Assembly: GCA_043228905.1 (NCBI GenBank)
Contig: JBHGNT010000001.1
Coordinates: 14,322,001-14,386,000 of the forward strand
Source: Azolla caroliniana
Lineage: Eukaryota > Plantae > Polypodiophyta
Length of the DNA stretch: 64,000 nucleotides
Direction of reading: 5' to 3'
The notes under the pieces were generated by a model. It was given only the letters and a program-made list of their open reading frames with translations. It was not told the origin of the DNA and ran no database searches. Both the position numbers and the translations under genes were made by a program. Within the stretch, counting starts at the first letter, position 1; every line of letters begins with the position of its first letter. Positions 39,268 to 53,138 of this stretch are shown here, piece after piece.

Positions 39268-40546
39268 TAGCATGAAGTTTCTTATTACATGTTATTCTTG
39301 CAATAACATGCTCATGATTCATGATTTGTCTGAGGCAGTCTGATTTGACAATAATTCCCCCAGGAATGGCAAGTTTATTTCTTTAGCAACCTATTCTTTC
39401 ATTATCTCATGTTATATTTTGACATGTACTTAGCATTGCTCAGACTCGGTTTCCACCCAGGGCATTAATATCACATCAATCTATTTTATTCTATGGGGTT
39501 GCAGATCTAAAGTGTTTATGAGCAAGAATCCGCAATATCCTTGGTAAAACACTTAACGTACATCCTGAAAAACAAATACTATAATGTTGGAAAAGACAAG
39601 TTATTACAGTCAATATTAAAATAATCCTAATTGATGTGTAAAGGAATTTCTCGATATGCAATTTATCCATTAATTTTATCATGGATTAATTCTTCTGAGA
39701 AAGAGATCTACAGAATTACCCTGCATCCTCAAATATTCCAAAGTTTTGGACAATCTTTAAGAAGACGGCTGAATAGTGCTGCATCAGTATAAAATCATTC
39801 TGTTACCAGGAATCCGAATTTACAAATATGCCCTGTGACAATAGGGATTTATCTGCTTCTTCAGAGGTCTACACATATATGATCAACATATCAAAGATTC
39901 ATGTTCCTTAACACCCACCATCTGATTATGGTTTTGTAATACTGTGTGGTCTCACCATACATACATCACTAGTGTTTCTGCTGATTAAATACGATGCTAA
40001 AGAATGGTAGTCTACCATTAGTAATCTTAATCATGGTTTGTTCTCAACACAGCAATAGGAGAAATAAGTTAATCAAATAACATTGTTAAGACTTCAATAA
40101 TACATTGAAGTAAATAGTTTTGTTGGCATCTCATGAGTACAATCAACTATCTAGAGAGAGTTCTCCATGCATTTATGAATCGTCAATCATGCAAAGAGAC
40201 AATTGGAAATCCATGCATCCCTATACATTCCAACCATGCAAGGAGACAGTTGAATTTCTTCATATCACCAAACTTTCACTCTTCTAGAACAAAATAGTTC
40301 ACTATGAAAAAGGACAATTGTGTGCACAATTAATAAATTGCTTTGTATTGTCACAATATCTATACAAATTGATGTGGGTCTGACATACATATGCCAGTCT
40401 GCTTTGATAAATTTTGACCTATGGTAAATATATCACGGAATTGGAAAACACTTATATCTTGGAAAGACTTGTGTCGCACTAATCCTAGATATATATTCCC
40501 TTGCCCACAATCCGCAAAGAGAAAATTTCACAGAAGACATGTAGCA

Positions 40547-43500
40547 TCATGGCTTCTTTTCCATTTTGAAACTAAACCATTTCTTTTTCTGGGATCTCTC
40601 TTTATCTGAATATGCTGCTTCTTGATGTAAAGGAGATTCCTCATTCATATCATCATTGAGCTTCATATTGGTGCTGCTCATGGTCCGTTTAAGAACTGTC
40701 GAAACAAAGGATGCTTGAACCATTTCCCGTTGTTTCAGCAGTTCTTCGATCTACACATAATTAACCATCAATCATTAAATATCAATCCAGTATGGACTAT
40801 CATGGGATTTTCACAACTATTTTCATCCCTGTCATGACCTGACAACACTTTCCAACTATCATTTTATTGCAAGATTTTAATTAGTCCCAAGTTTATCTCA
40901 ATGTGTCATCTTCCAGTCTAAAGAAGCCAGAATGCATAGAAGTAGAGCAATCAAGCATTAAACTAAGCCCTGAGGTTTCATTCCTTTGTATATACTAAAT
41001 ATTCAATTTATATAAGAAACCCAGCAATTATTGCAAGGATCTGTACCTCCTGTTTTTCCTTGGCATATCTGTTTGTGACAGCAGTAAAACGAGCTAGGAC
41101 CTGCTCATGCACATTTAAATTTTATAATAAATAGATCGAAATCGGCATATGATCAAGACTGTCGTTCAGGATAGCCCTAAGTAATGAAGCTTTCCTTAGA
41201 CAAAAAACTATACTTCTTTGTATTCTTTCTCGAATTCATGCAGCATGTTTCGTTTTCTAAGCATTTCAGCTTCGACCTCCTTTAGTTTTTCCTTTGAATC
41301 TTGAAACTCTTCTGATGCACATACAGCTTCAATGGCATAGCTCGCACTCTTGAAAAAGTTGTCACCTATTTTAAAGGAGACTCAATAATGTTTTGTGGAG
41401 ATTACAATTTTGTTTCATTCAGATAACAAATGACAAAACGCTAAAAAAAAGGCCAGGTACCATATACTGCAAAGATATGTGTCCCTTCTTTTAGGGTTGA
41501 AACCTCACAAGGTTGCAGACCATCAAATTTTTTGAAGAAGGCAGCATCTGGATCTTTTGCTGTTGCAATCTGAAAAATATTTACAAAATATTACAACAAA
41601 ATTGGCTTTTTCACAATGTTTCCACAACATCACTTATACCTTCGCATCTATTTACCAGGGTTCTTCGTCCCCTTGTACTTGTGCCTAGCACTGCGTTTTT
41701 GAAGCTTTCTAATATCATGCCTTCTGGGAACACAATTAGCCACACCTCCTTTTCAGAAAAGGAGAATGGGCCAATCAAATATGATTCCCAAGGATCATAC
41801 TACACTATGAACTCCTGATCATATCTAGTCAGATAATTTCTTATCTGATCACTGAGTCTTAATCATGACAGCAACTATCTAGTAGTGTGTGACATCTCTA
41901 GGTTCCATCACAATCCTCTTCCTCCTCTTTCCAAAGTGAAATCATGAATGTGACCCTTAGATAATCATAAGTCATAATCTCTACAGTGATCCAGATGATA
42001 AACATGAGGGGAATGAAGTGTACAGTAAGCCAGCAACTCTAGGAGGCTGCCATCCACAATGTGAGAACGAGAGTATACCTTTCTGGAACTTGCTCTTTTC
42101 CCTAACCCAATGGAGAGAGAGAGTGAGAAAGAAAGAAAGAAAGATATATTAACGTCTTCTAAGGCCAAAATTGGCCCATGAGACAAATGGTTTACAACAA
42201 AAAATGGGATATTTACCCATTCATCGAAAGTAAAAAATAAAAATAAAAATAGTGTTTTAAGCTAAATAGTTCTAGTAAAATAGTTCTGAGAGAGAGAAAT
42301 AAAGCCCGATTGAGCCATAGTTGTGACAGTTGGGTCAAGTTCTTGGAGACTGTAAGGTCATTAGTTTGATACACAAATATGAATATATTTCAGATATGGT
42401 GTAACAAAGATATGTGGGAAGTAAAGATTTGGACCCCTAAACTTTGTGTTGTTAGCCTAATTCCGTAATGTCATTAGTTTGATTCACAAATATGAATATA
42501 TTTCAGATATGGTGTAACAAAGATATGTGGGAAGTAAAGATTTGGACCCCTAAACTTTGTGTTGTTAACCTAATTAACTTACTACTAGGGTAAGCCCATT
42601 AAAATCAAGAGAGAGATGAATGGCATACACAGTAAATTAAAGGATAACATTCTAAAATAAAAAGACACTCACAGTATTTAATGTCGTATCCAATCGATAC
42701 ACTTGATAATGAAGGAAATACATGCCTGCTGAGGTAACATTTCCAGTTTTGACACTATCTTCCTGCAATGGTACACAATAATAATAATAAATCCAAAGAT
42801 CTGAGCATGATAAATGGTATCTCATTTATTCAGTGGTAAAAGTTTAGAACATAATGTTGCTATTGCTTTATAGCAAAATAAGCAAAACCTGTAAGGACAG
42901 CTCTAGGCGACCCATTTCTTCTTGCTCAAAATATAGAAGCTGATGATTGCAAACCCAAACACAAAGTAAATAAACCAATAGCCGAGACAAGAAAAATGCA
43001 ATTCATAATAGCTCAATACTAGGTTATTGATTAGAGAAATGCAATTTGTAACACTAGTTTATTGATGCCTTGAATTTGCTCTGTGCTGCTGATGTGACTC
43101 GAACAACAATTCCTGCTTGAGCTTGAGTATCTGATATCGTTATACCAAAGAAATGAGCTCCTTGTTTTTCAACCTGTCACAAACCAAGCCCATAGGAACA
43201 ATATCGCATTGAAGATTAAAAAAGAGTCTAAATACACAGTTCTGATTAATAAAAAATTTGCCAACCCTGTCATGTACAGTTCGACCCAATGGTAATGGTC
43301 GTATTGTCACAGTGCCATTAATAGCTTCTTCCAAGACACTGGTTGAGATGGTGGTTTTGATAGGTACTCCAAGTTTACTTGTAATGACAAGGCAAGAATC
43401 AAAAAACCAAAAATTTATCATTTTCTTGATTTTTGGCCTTTGCTCGTTCACATAAATTAGAAGCAAAAGAACAACAGAAATGTGCGTAAGATGCACATAC

Positions 43501-45111
43501 AATGCTATGTATAAATATACCTGAAAAGTGCAGCAAACATCGTGTTGACAGTTCCTAAGTTTGAGAGGTCTAATTCCATATCAAATCCATCATTTGAAAC
43601 TCCCTAACATACAACAGGATAGATTATATTATAAGGCATATAATGCCAATAGATGCTAACAAAGAGAGAATCGCAAGATACAGATGGTGGTTATTTTACC
43701 GCAAAACCAACTGCATCATACAGCTTCCGCTTCTCTGGATCTGAGAGAATGCTGTACGAATAAGCCACCTCCTTGAACAATTCAGCTGCATCTTCATTAT
43801 TTGCATTTTTATCAGGATGGTACCTGTAAACATCAAAACATGACAGATAAAGACACAATTATTTTTCTTCCAAAATGCTCAGAGATATCATTTCTTGAGG
43901 CAATGGGAACCCAATCCATGCAATTAGTCCATTTATGTTCAGTTTCAAAAGGAAGCAGAGTAGAAAGTTGAATACTTTTTAGAGAAAAATGGCAAAATCG
44001 CATGATCTAGCTGGAAATTTTGGTCTCTAAGAAATGATAAGTTTGAACTATATGCATTATAGTGTCAGGGATCTTTCGCTTCAATTTGAAATCAGTGTTA
44101 CTGTACTTTCATCTTGTTTCAAGGTTTTCATTGGTTCTATATTCCTGATCTGCTAGTTGTATTTCACGCAAAGGTGTGTATTCTATCCAAAAGCCACTTG
44201 AGCTTGAGCTTTTACCTTTTTTGTTCTGGATGAACAGATTATGCATCAATCAATTGGGTAAGTAACTTATGCATCCTCTAGAGAATGAAACTAGAAAGCG
44301 TGTGCTTCTGGATAGGACCTCTAAGTATGCCTAATGGTTTGGATCTCAATACCAAGTAAACTCAGAGAAAAAATTGTAAAAATTCTGGTGTTAATTTTAT
44401 TGAAACTTACAAAGAAAAACAGCAAATCAGGGGGAGCTGTCACAACATTATAGGAATTTAGGGTGAAATGGATACATGTCAATACGATTCAATCACTTTA
44501 TAAAGAAACATGATGCAACAGGAAGATTCAAATTTTTGACGGACTAATGATCAGGAAATCATTTTCCTAAACACAGGATGTAATTCGTGTATCGATGACA
44601 TTTTCACTCAATTGCAATGCTTTGATATGAAGCATGGTATGCTACTTTGCCTGTTAAACGTATATATATGCCTATCAAAATTCATTCGGGAGAATTACCA
44701 ACATTTTATAGAGATTGAGGATGAAAATGAGCAACATCTTATAGAGATTTAGGATCAAAATGCATAATTTTCTGTCAAAAATTGTTCCCTTTACTAAGCA
44801 AACTATACGATAACAATATATTTAAAAAAAACAATGTCCAACAGGGTAGAAAAGATCAATCAAAAACATATAAAATAACTCATGTTTCTAAATTCTACTT
44901 CTAATTCCATTTCAAGTATTTAAACATGGGAAAAATGTCAGACGAGTGCTGTAATGAATAACCGAAATTCCAGATGAGAAGAGATACAGAGGGAGCTTTA
45001 CTTGAGAGCAAGCTTCTTATAGGCAGACTTGATTTGATCATCGGAAGCATCTGTGGGAACGCCGAGAACTTCGTAAGGACTCCTTTTGGGAGCTGAAATG
45101 GTATCAGACAT
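40547..45111 (-). CDS. ARG1: DnaJ protein of the ARG1/ARL (dnaJ 15/16) family, 11 exons: 45111-45002, 43823-43700, 43603-43521, 43377-43266, 43173-43069, 42939-42889, 42762-42673, 41569-41461, 41365-41214, 41100-41047, 40750-40547
   Basis: J domain [22 protein letters not shown]; [26 protein letters not shown]; SKFKLLYFEQ; TSAGMYFLH; FAVYGDNFFK; coiled coil; KKKWF near the end. GT-AG junctions keep frame (one GC-AG). ARG1 versus ARL orthology not resolved. Confidence 0.92.
42352..42575. repeat. 113-bp direct tandem duplication in DnaJ intron 7
   Basis: GTCATTAGTTTGAT... at 42357 and 42470, near-identical copies. Confidence 0.9.
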
Positions 45112-46571
45112 GGTGTATTCTTTGGTTTTAGGGTTCCCCTGCTGCGTGTGCTTTTTCCTCTGTTTCCCTTCAGAGAATCTCCTCTATACATACATATGTA
45201 CATAATATGTATGTATGTATATATACATACACTCACGGGAACAAAATGTGTCCCAAGTTCTTGTAAGTGTGTGTTGACCAATAGATTCTCTCAAAGAGAA
45301 AGAAAGAATCTCAAGCCTCAAGCCTCTCCTCTCCTCTCCTCTCCTCGCTTATTATTTTTACCATATGTCTCTCTCACTCCCTCTCTCCATTAACCTTTGG
45401 CCGGGGTCAAGCTCATAACACCACTCTTTACGTATGGTATGAGCTCCTCCTGACACACTCTCGATCCTGTTATTTTCCATGTGATATAACGCCCTTTTTA
45501 CCTCTTCTTCTTCTAACCCCATCTACTTACTCATTACGTCGTTGGCTCAATTGAGTGTGATATGCTTTCTTCGTTGGAAGTTGGAGCTCGTAGATTGTAT
45601 CCCCGTGGTGTGTCACTAACCCTTCCATCTACCCAATATGTCTCATTTGAGCTTGCTACATGAAACCCCAAATTTATGGACTCGATATAGTCTTGGAGAG
45701 AGTTGAAGTACCATTGCCCATCCCTTAACTAGACTCATAGGCGCCCCACCTTCACTCTATCCAGTAGACTGATTCAGATTTCGCCAACTCCATCATACCC
45801 ATCCATCCCTACGTTTGTACTCGCAAACAAGACCATGGATTCAAAGTAAGGTTATAGTGGATTGGACAATATTCTAAGACTATAAATCTATAGAAAAGGG
45901 CATCTATTCTACATGCTCATCACTCTACATTTTGATAGATGGGTGTTAAGTAATTAGGTAATTAACTAGGGTTAATTAGAGACTAATTATATGGTTACAT
46001 TAAGCAATGGAAGATTAGTATGATATGTGCGTGAGAGTGTGTGAGAGGAAGAGAGAGAGAGAGAGGAAGTTACACTTATGAACACGAAGATAAATGGGGG
46101 ATGATTGACTATATTGAAAAGTGTCATCAACATACAAAAATACCCACAATGAGGTATATATACAACCCATGTGCAAAGGTGCACATGTGTGGGTAGAACA
46201 TAGGTACTTATGTGTAAGTCCTACATTAAATGTACTAAGGAGTGGAGGATCTAGAATATCCCACTTAAGTACAAGGTCCTATTTAAAGGCTTAAGGTCAA
46301 CACATTAACTAGATTCAATCTAGGTAACTACTAAGTTACATGTGTTGACTAACTAGATTAAACTAGTTGAGCTTGATATCTCAACACGCCCCCTCAAGCT
46401 CAAGTGTGAGGCGTCCAACGTCCGGTTTAGCTCGAGTATTTGCCGATTCTTTCTCTCGGCTACCCCATTTTGTTGGGGAGTGTGTCGGCATGAGAATTCT
46501 CTACGAATGCCTTCACCTTGGAGGTAGGAGGTGAACTCGTCGGAGAAGTACTCCTTTCCTCCGTTCGATCG

Positions 46572-46995
46572 TGTCAGGAATAGTACTAAAGCAGAGATGG
46601 AATTAGTACTAAGAAGAGTAGTACTATTAGTACTAAGAGGACGGGACTGCGTAAGATTCCCGAGAGAGAGGAAGTGAGAAGAGGAGAGAGAGAGATAGGA
46701 TGATGACAACAGCTCTTATATTATATGAAAGATAAGTACAAATCGGCTAAGAGGCTTAAGACTAGTGTTGAACCAATTTGGTTCAAAACAATGCCTTGTG
46801 CCTCCTTTTATTGTGTTTTTAGGAATAATCCTGAAGCTTCTAGAATGTTCCAGAGAGATCTGGAATATACATCAATTTTCTATGATAAAGTATAAATGAA
46901 AATAATATCCTACAAATTATAATTCATAGTCTAATGGTAAGAGCTCGACCCATGTAGCATAAGGTCATGGGTTCGAGTCTTGCCATATCATGACA
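46572..46995 (-). mobile_element. Solo Tcn1-like LTR carrying a tRNA-like segment
   Basis: TGTCA...TGACA termini, TSD GATCG; A box TAGTCTAATGG (46927) and B box GGTTCGAGTC (46970). Confidence 0.9.
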
Positions 46996-47655
46996 GATCG
47001 TAGGCATCGAATGTGCCGACCGGTTTCTTTCTCCACTTGGCTTTTGAGCCTTTGAAAGTGGGAGAGCACTTCTCTCTTCTTCTTCATCGGGTATATCCAC
47101 GCGTAGCACGAGTGGTCGTCGATGAAGGTGACGTAGAAGCGGCATCCGCCGAGCGTCGGCGTTTGAGCCGGTCCCCATACGTCTGAGTGGATTATGTCAA
47201 GGAGGCCTTTGCTTGCGGAGCTCTCCTTCGGGAATGGGAGTCAATGTTGTTTGCCGAGTTGGCATGCTTCGCACACTCGGTCGACTCCTTTCGATTCGAA
47301 GGCCGGAAGTTCGATTACGACTCCCTTTGATTGCATTCCGCGAAGCCGTTGGATGTTTATGTGGCCGATTCGCTTGTGCCACAACTCGATGTTTGTCTCG
47401 GTCTTGAGACCTTTGGCGTACATGGCCGATTTTACCTTGTTCGAGTCGAGGATGAACAAGCGACCGTCTCTCCGTCCCTTGGCTATGAGTCGGCTGTCTT
47501 TCTCGATGAAGCAACCTTCATTGTTGAAGCGGACTTGCATGCCTTGCTCCACGATTTGGCTGACCAAGACCAAATTCTTTGTTATTGTGGGCACGTGCAA
47601 GAAATTCTTGATGCAAGTTTGCTCGCCTTCTTTCCCGAATGGGACATCGCCGATG

Positions 47656-47821
47656 TGTCGAATACATGTGTATAATGGACGTATTCACACTATCTCGTCT
47701 TTGGCCATTTATGTAATTAGCATAAAGGGTAGTTGCCCTAAGTCGGTCACTATATATAGTGACCTTGTAATCTCTTTGTGAGGTTGGATGTTGTATTCTT
47801 GTTTATGAATAAAGAGTCTTT

Positions 47822-47859
<38 letters not shown>

Positions 47860-50800
47860 AACGACCTACAAACAGTCATACGCAGGGAATAAACAGGAAT
47901 CGAGTGCTTCTTGATCTTCCGCAAAGACGACATTGCTTCCAACATCTGGTATCAGAGCCTGCACAGTAGTCGGTCCTTCAATCCGCTGTCGGCCGTCGTC
48001 TCTGCATTCGGTTTTCTGCGTCATTCGAAAAAGAGAGAAGAAGAACAAAAGAAAAAAAAAACGAGGTTTTGCACCTCATCGCGTTAGATCCTCTTGCTTG
48101 GAGTAAGCCATCAGGTTGTACTCTGTTCCTTGTGATCGTAACCGCTCGAGGTGAAATCCCCTTGTGTATCATTGACACGATCGTGCTCCATTCGGTTAAA
48201 CGGCATCCGAAGTAGTCAACAAACGCTGCTCGCCGCTCGTTGTAACCACTCGGTGCAGATCGGTCTCAAGACAACAACCCCAATTCGTGCTTCATCCGGC
48301 TGATCGACATTCGAGAGGATCAGTTGGATCTGTCTCTCTCGTCGCTGCAGCCACCCGAAGCAGAATCGGTCCAGATAATCGGTTTCAATAATCGGTATTC
48401 GGCATATATATCCGAAGCGAACCGGGCTCACTCCGACTCGGCAACATCTGGGAAGACCAGTCGGTTCTGTCCCTCAAGCTACCGGAGTCAATTCGAGCAA
48501 GTTCAACAAATACATATATCCGAAGCCGAACCGACTCAGGTTCAAATCCGACTAGAACGATATCGGGTGAGCCAACCGGCTGCACTCCTTCAAGGTTCGT
48601 AGTCAACTCCGAACCGAGCTTCGCCAACCGAAACCAAATTTGATGGCATCAACATCCGGCTCGTCAGAAATGAGTCTCCGAAAGTTCGATGGATCGAACT
48701 TCAACTTCTGGAAGGAACAAATGCAGGACTATCTCATAGTCAAGGGACAAATCGATCCCATTGAAAATGAAGAACCTCCAGAAGGGTACAAACCAATCGA
48801 GTGGCAGAAGCTGGACAGAATCGTTCGCGCCACGATTCGGATGCACCTATCGGAATCGGTATATTTCACGGTGCAATCGTGTACGACAGCATTCGAACTG
48901 TGGAAAACACTGTCGGACACTTACGAAAAGAAGGTCGCTGCAACGAAGATGTTTCTGATCCGGCGCCTCTACAACTTGCGGATGAAAGAATCCGATTCGG
49001 TTCAAGCACACCTCAATGAGTACGAAAGCATAAGCTCCCAAATCTCGTCACAGGGGACGGCAATCGAGGATGAACTCAGAGCAATGATACTCATGAGTAG
49101 CCTTCCCTCATCATGGGAAACTTTTGTCACAACCGTGTGCAACGCGTCAACCACGGCTGTTAAATACTCCGAAGTCACGAGCGCAATCCTGACCGAAGCA
49201 GCTCGGAGAAAGTCTTTCGCCAAAGACTCAACAGACGACGCTTATGTAGTACAAGGCTCGACAGACCGATCGAACATACGAGGAAGAGATTCCTCACGGC
49301 CGCCGAACAATCAGCGAAGACGGAGCCAGTCACGGGATAACCGAATCTGCAACTATTGCAAGAAACCCGGACACATCAAAGCCGACTGCCGCGCACTCAA
49401 GAACAAGAACAACAAGAAGAGTGGCCGGCATGAGGAGATCAATTACGTTAGCTTCTCAGCTGATGTGCTACCAGACGACCCGAATATACTATCAATCGAA
49501 AATCCAGTCGGATCAGAAGTTCTACTCACGACTGAAGAATCGAGCACATGGCTCTTAGATTCGGGCGCGTCATTTCACGTGACTCCTCATCGATCCCAAT
49601 TTCGGCAATATACGATCCGTCACTCCGACTCAGTTCGGGTCGGCAACTCGCAGCACTGTGACATCATCGGAATCGGCACAGTAGAGCTCAACCTTGCAGG
49701 TGGCTCTACACTTGTACTCCACAATGTCCGACATGTACCCGAGCTCTCAAGGCCATTGATCTCAGTCGGACAACTAGATGAAGACGGCATTCGTGCCGGT
49801 TTTTCTTCGGGAGGGTGGACACTCCACAGGGGGAACCTCCTGCTTGCCAGAGGACCCAAGATACACTCACTGTATCCGTTACATGTTACGCTCAGAGAGG
49901 GTAACCTGTTCTTGGTGGATATTCCTGTGTCATCACTATGGCACCGAAGATTAGGACACCTCAGCAAGGCCGGCATCACGCACCTATCTAGAGCCGGATA
50001 CATCCCCAAACTCTCCTTCTCCGACCATCAATTCTGCGAGCATTGCCAGTATGGCAAACAAGTAGCCGCATCACACCCGACATCAGCACCAAGAGAAACG
50101 AGACCTCTCGACTTAGTCCACTCGGACGTCTGTGGCCCAATGCCGCATCAGTCTCTTGGCGGTGCCTCTTACTTCGTCACTTTTATTGACGACTCGACTC
50201 GAAAGGTGTGGGCTTATCCGATTCGCACCAAAGATCGGATCTTCTCGATCTTCACCGATTGGCTCGCTATGGTGGAAAATCAAACCGACCGAAAGCTGAA
50301 ATGCTTTCGGACAGACAATGGGGGAGAGTTCAAATCAGAAGAATTCATCAAATTCTGCCGACAACGCGGCATCCGACGTGAATTTACGGCACCACACAGT
50401 CCGGAGCAAAACGGGATTGCCGAACGTATGAATCGGACAATCCAAGAACGGATAGTTTCCATGCTCCAACACTCCCGACTGTCGGATGGCTTCTGGGCAG
50501 AGGCTCTACTCACGGCAGTACACATCATCAATATGTCGCCAAGTAGACCTCTAGGACTTCAAATTCCTCAGGAACTATGGATCGGCAGTAAGCCGAATTA
50601 CGACAAGCTGAGGATCTTCGGATGCGAGGCGTACGCCCTTATTCCGAAAGATGATCGCCGCAAACTTGCACCTCGGTCCAGGAAATGCATTTTCCTTGGA
50701 TATGGATCTGACGGCGAAATGGGATACCGACTCTGGGACCCCGAACGCAGACAAATCGTTCGAAGTTCGGACGTTGTGTTCAACGAGTCGGCTATGAACC

Positions 50801-53015
50801 CATCAGTCGAAAAACCGATCGAAGTCCGAAGGGTAACATTTTCCGATGTGCCGACCCTTCAAGAAGGCCCCGCTCTCAACACACGGTCAGCTTCACGGGT
50901 AGCTGAACCTTACACTACCGACTCGGACAACTCTGACTCGGCACAGCCGAATGATTCGGTTTCGGACCATCCGACCACGATACCCGATGCGACCAGTCCA
51001 ATCTTACCTCGACGATCCGAGAGACTGTCGCAACCTCCGGAGAGGTATTCTCCTGGAATTTTCTTCACCGACGCCGGCGAACCGACGTCTTACGAAGAAG
51101 CATCGACATCTGTCGATTCAGCCACCTGGCATCTGGCGATGGAGTCGGAAATGCACTCCATTCGGGCAAACAAGACTTGGGATCTGGTCGAATTACCTAG
51201 GAACCGACGTGCTCTTCCTTGCAAGTGGGTTTATCGACTAAAAGAGACGTCTGATTCGACCACCCCAAAGTACAAGGCCAGATTAGTTGCGAAGGGCTTC
51301 CGACAAGAATATGGCGTCGACTTCGACGAGATTTTCTCACCAGTGGTGAAAATGACAACCCTTCGTTTTCTACTCGGCGTCGTGGCAGCCGACAACTTGG
51401 AGCTGATTCAGCTAGATGTCAAAACAGCATTCCTCCATGGTGATCTCGAGGAGGAAATTTATATGGAGTAGCCAAAAGGCTTCGTGGCAACTGGCCAAGA
51501 ACATCTAGTCTGCCGACTCAGGAAGAGTCTATACGGCCTCAAACAGGCACCACGACAATGGTACAAGAAGTTCGACGACTTCATCCAATCGATCGGCTTC
51601 TCCAAAAGCGATGAGGACCATTGTCTCTTCACCAACACAGCTCAAGATGGCTCACCCATCTTCCTCATCATTTACGTGGACGACATGCTAATTTCTGGAC
51701 GCCACGCGGGCGAACTTGCCGATCTCGTTCGGCAACTGCGGTTGAAGTTTGCCATGAAGGACCTCGGTCCGGCACGACACATCCTTGGCATGAAGATTAG
51801 TCGGCATCGCGATAAACGACATCTCTTTTTGTCTCAGACCGACTATATCGGACGTGTCTTGGAACGCTTCAACATGCAATCAGCCAAATCTGCTTCAACC
51901 CCGCTCCCCATGAATCTTCGGCTCTCTCAGCGAGACTGCCCGACATCCGGTCCGGAGGGGGAAGATATGAAGTCGGTACCGTATGCACCGGCAGTCGGCT
52001 CCCTTATGTACCTGATGGTCGCGACCCGGCCTGATATTTCTCATGCCGTAGGAGTCGTCAGCAGATTTATGCACAACCCTGGCCGATCGCATTGGAACGC
52101 AGTCAAGCATGTGTTCAGATATCTGGCTGGCACAAAAGACCACGGCATTCTTTTCGGTTCGAACCGAACCTCAGGCGTAGTCGGTTACACCGACTCGGAC
52201 TTCGCCGGCTGTATAGACAGTCGGAAATCAACAACCGGATAGTGCTTCAAATTCGGCAATGGAGCAATCTCGTGGAAGTCGAAACTTCAGGAGTGCACAG
52301 CGACCTCAACGACCGAAGCAGAATATGTAGCTGCGTCCGACGCAGCAAAAGAAGCTTTGTGGCTCGGTCGGCTGGCGCACACGTTTCGACAAGTCGACCA
52401 TGACTCAGCTCCAGTTGTCTACAACGACAGTCAAGGTGCTGTTGCCTTGTCGAAAAATCCGGTTCACCACAACGCCTCCAAACATATCGATGTTTGATAT
52501 CACTTCGTTCGGGACTGCGTCATCTCAGGGAAAATCGGTCTAGAGAAAATATCCACAACCGACAATGTCGCAGATGGAATGACCAAGTGTCTTTCGGCAG
52601 ACCGCTTTCGGACTCTTCGGCATCAGATGGGCGTAACGACAAACCAGTCCGGTTAGAGCCGGACACAGAGCAGGATGGTTCCCGACAACCGACATCAGTT
52701 CCTTAATGATCGGCTTCAACTGTTCCGACCCGACCAGTTCGGTCTTCTGCCTTCGGACCCTGCCGACTCGAACAAAGCTGATATGTCCGAGAACCTAAGT
52801 CTATACCTGTAATCTTAGATAACCCATGTATACGCCCATTACGGGGGAGTGTCGAATACATGTGTATAATGGACGTATTCACACTATCTCGTCTTTGGCC
52901 ATTTATGTAATTAGCATAAAGGGTAGTTGCCCTAAGTCGGTCACTATATATAGTGACCTTGTAATCTCTTTGTGAGGTTGGATGTTGTATTCTTGTTTAT
53001 GAATAAAGAGTCTTT

Positions 53016-53053
<38 letters not shown>

Positions 53054-53138
53054 AACGACCTACAAACAGTCATACGCAGGGAATAAACAGGAATCGAGTG
53101 CTTCTTGATCTTCCGCAAAGACGACATTGCTTCCAACA
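47656..53138 (+). mobile_element. Young full-length Ty1/copia element (sister of 19751-25978)
   Basis: 289-bp LTRs 47656-47944 and 52850-53138 that appear identical, TSD CGATG, PBS TGGTATCAGAGC, PPT ACGGGGGAG. Confidence 0.97.
48640..52656 (+). pseudogene. copia gag-pol polyprotein with three in-frame stops (51469, 52240, ~52496)
   Basis: CCHC knuckle, LDSGAS, IN HSDVCGP/DNGGEF, RT YVDDML, RNase H; the stops correspond to Q, Y and R codons in the sister copy. Confidence 0.93.

Noticed and set aside
39490-39835. Exon-like pieces (RLLKDCPKL..GC) between the PPR and DnaJ genes
   Set aside because: Contain stops and give no coherent model; may be UTR or a decayed fragment
45540-45617. Possible tRNA-derived SINE (TGGCTCAATTG A-box-like)
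   Set aside because: B box too degenerate, no tail or TSD
46920-46995. Functional tRNA gene
   Set aside because: Acceptor and anticodon stems do not pair, and it lies within a TSD-bounded LTR
48324-48602. uORF shared by both sister copia leaders
   Set aside because: TTG start, out of frame with gag, and sharing is explained by recent common descent
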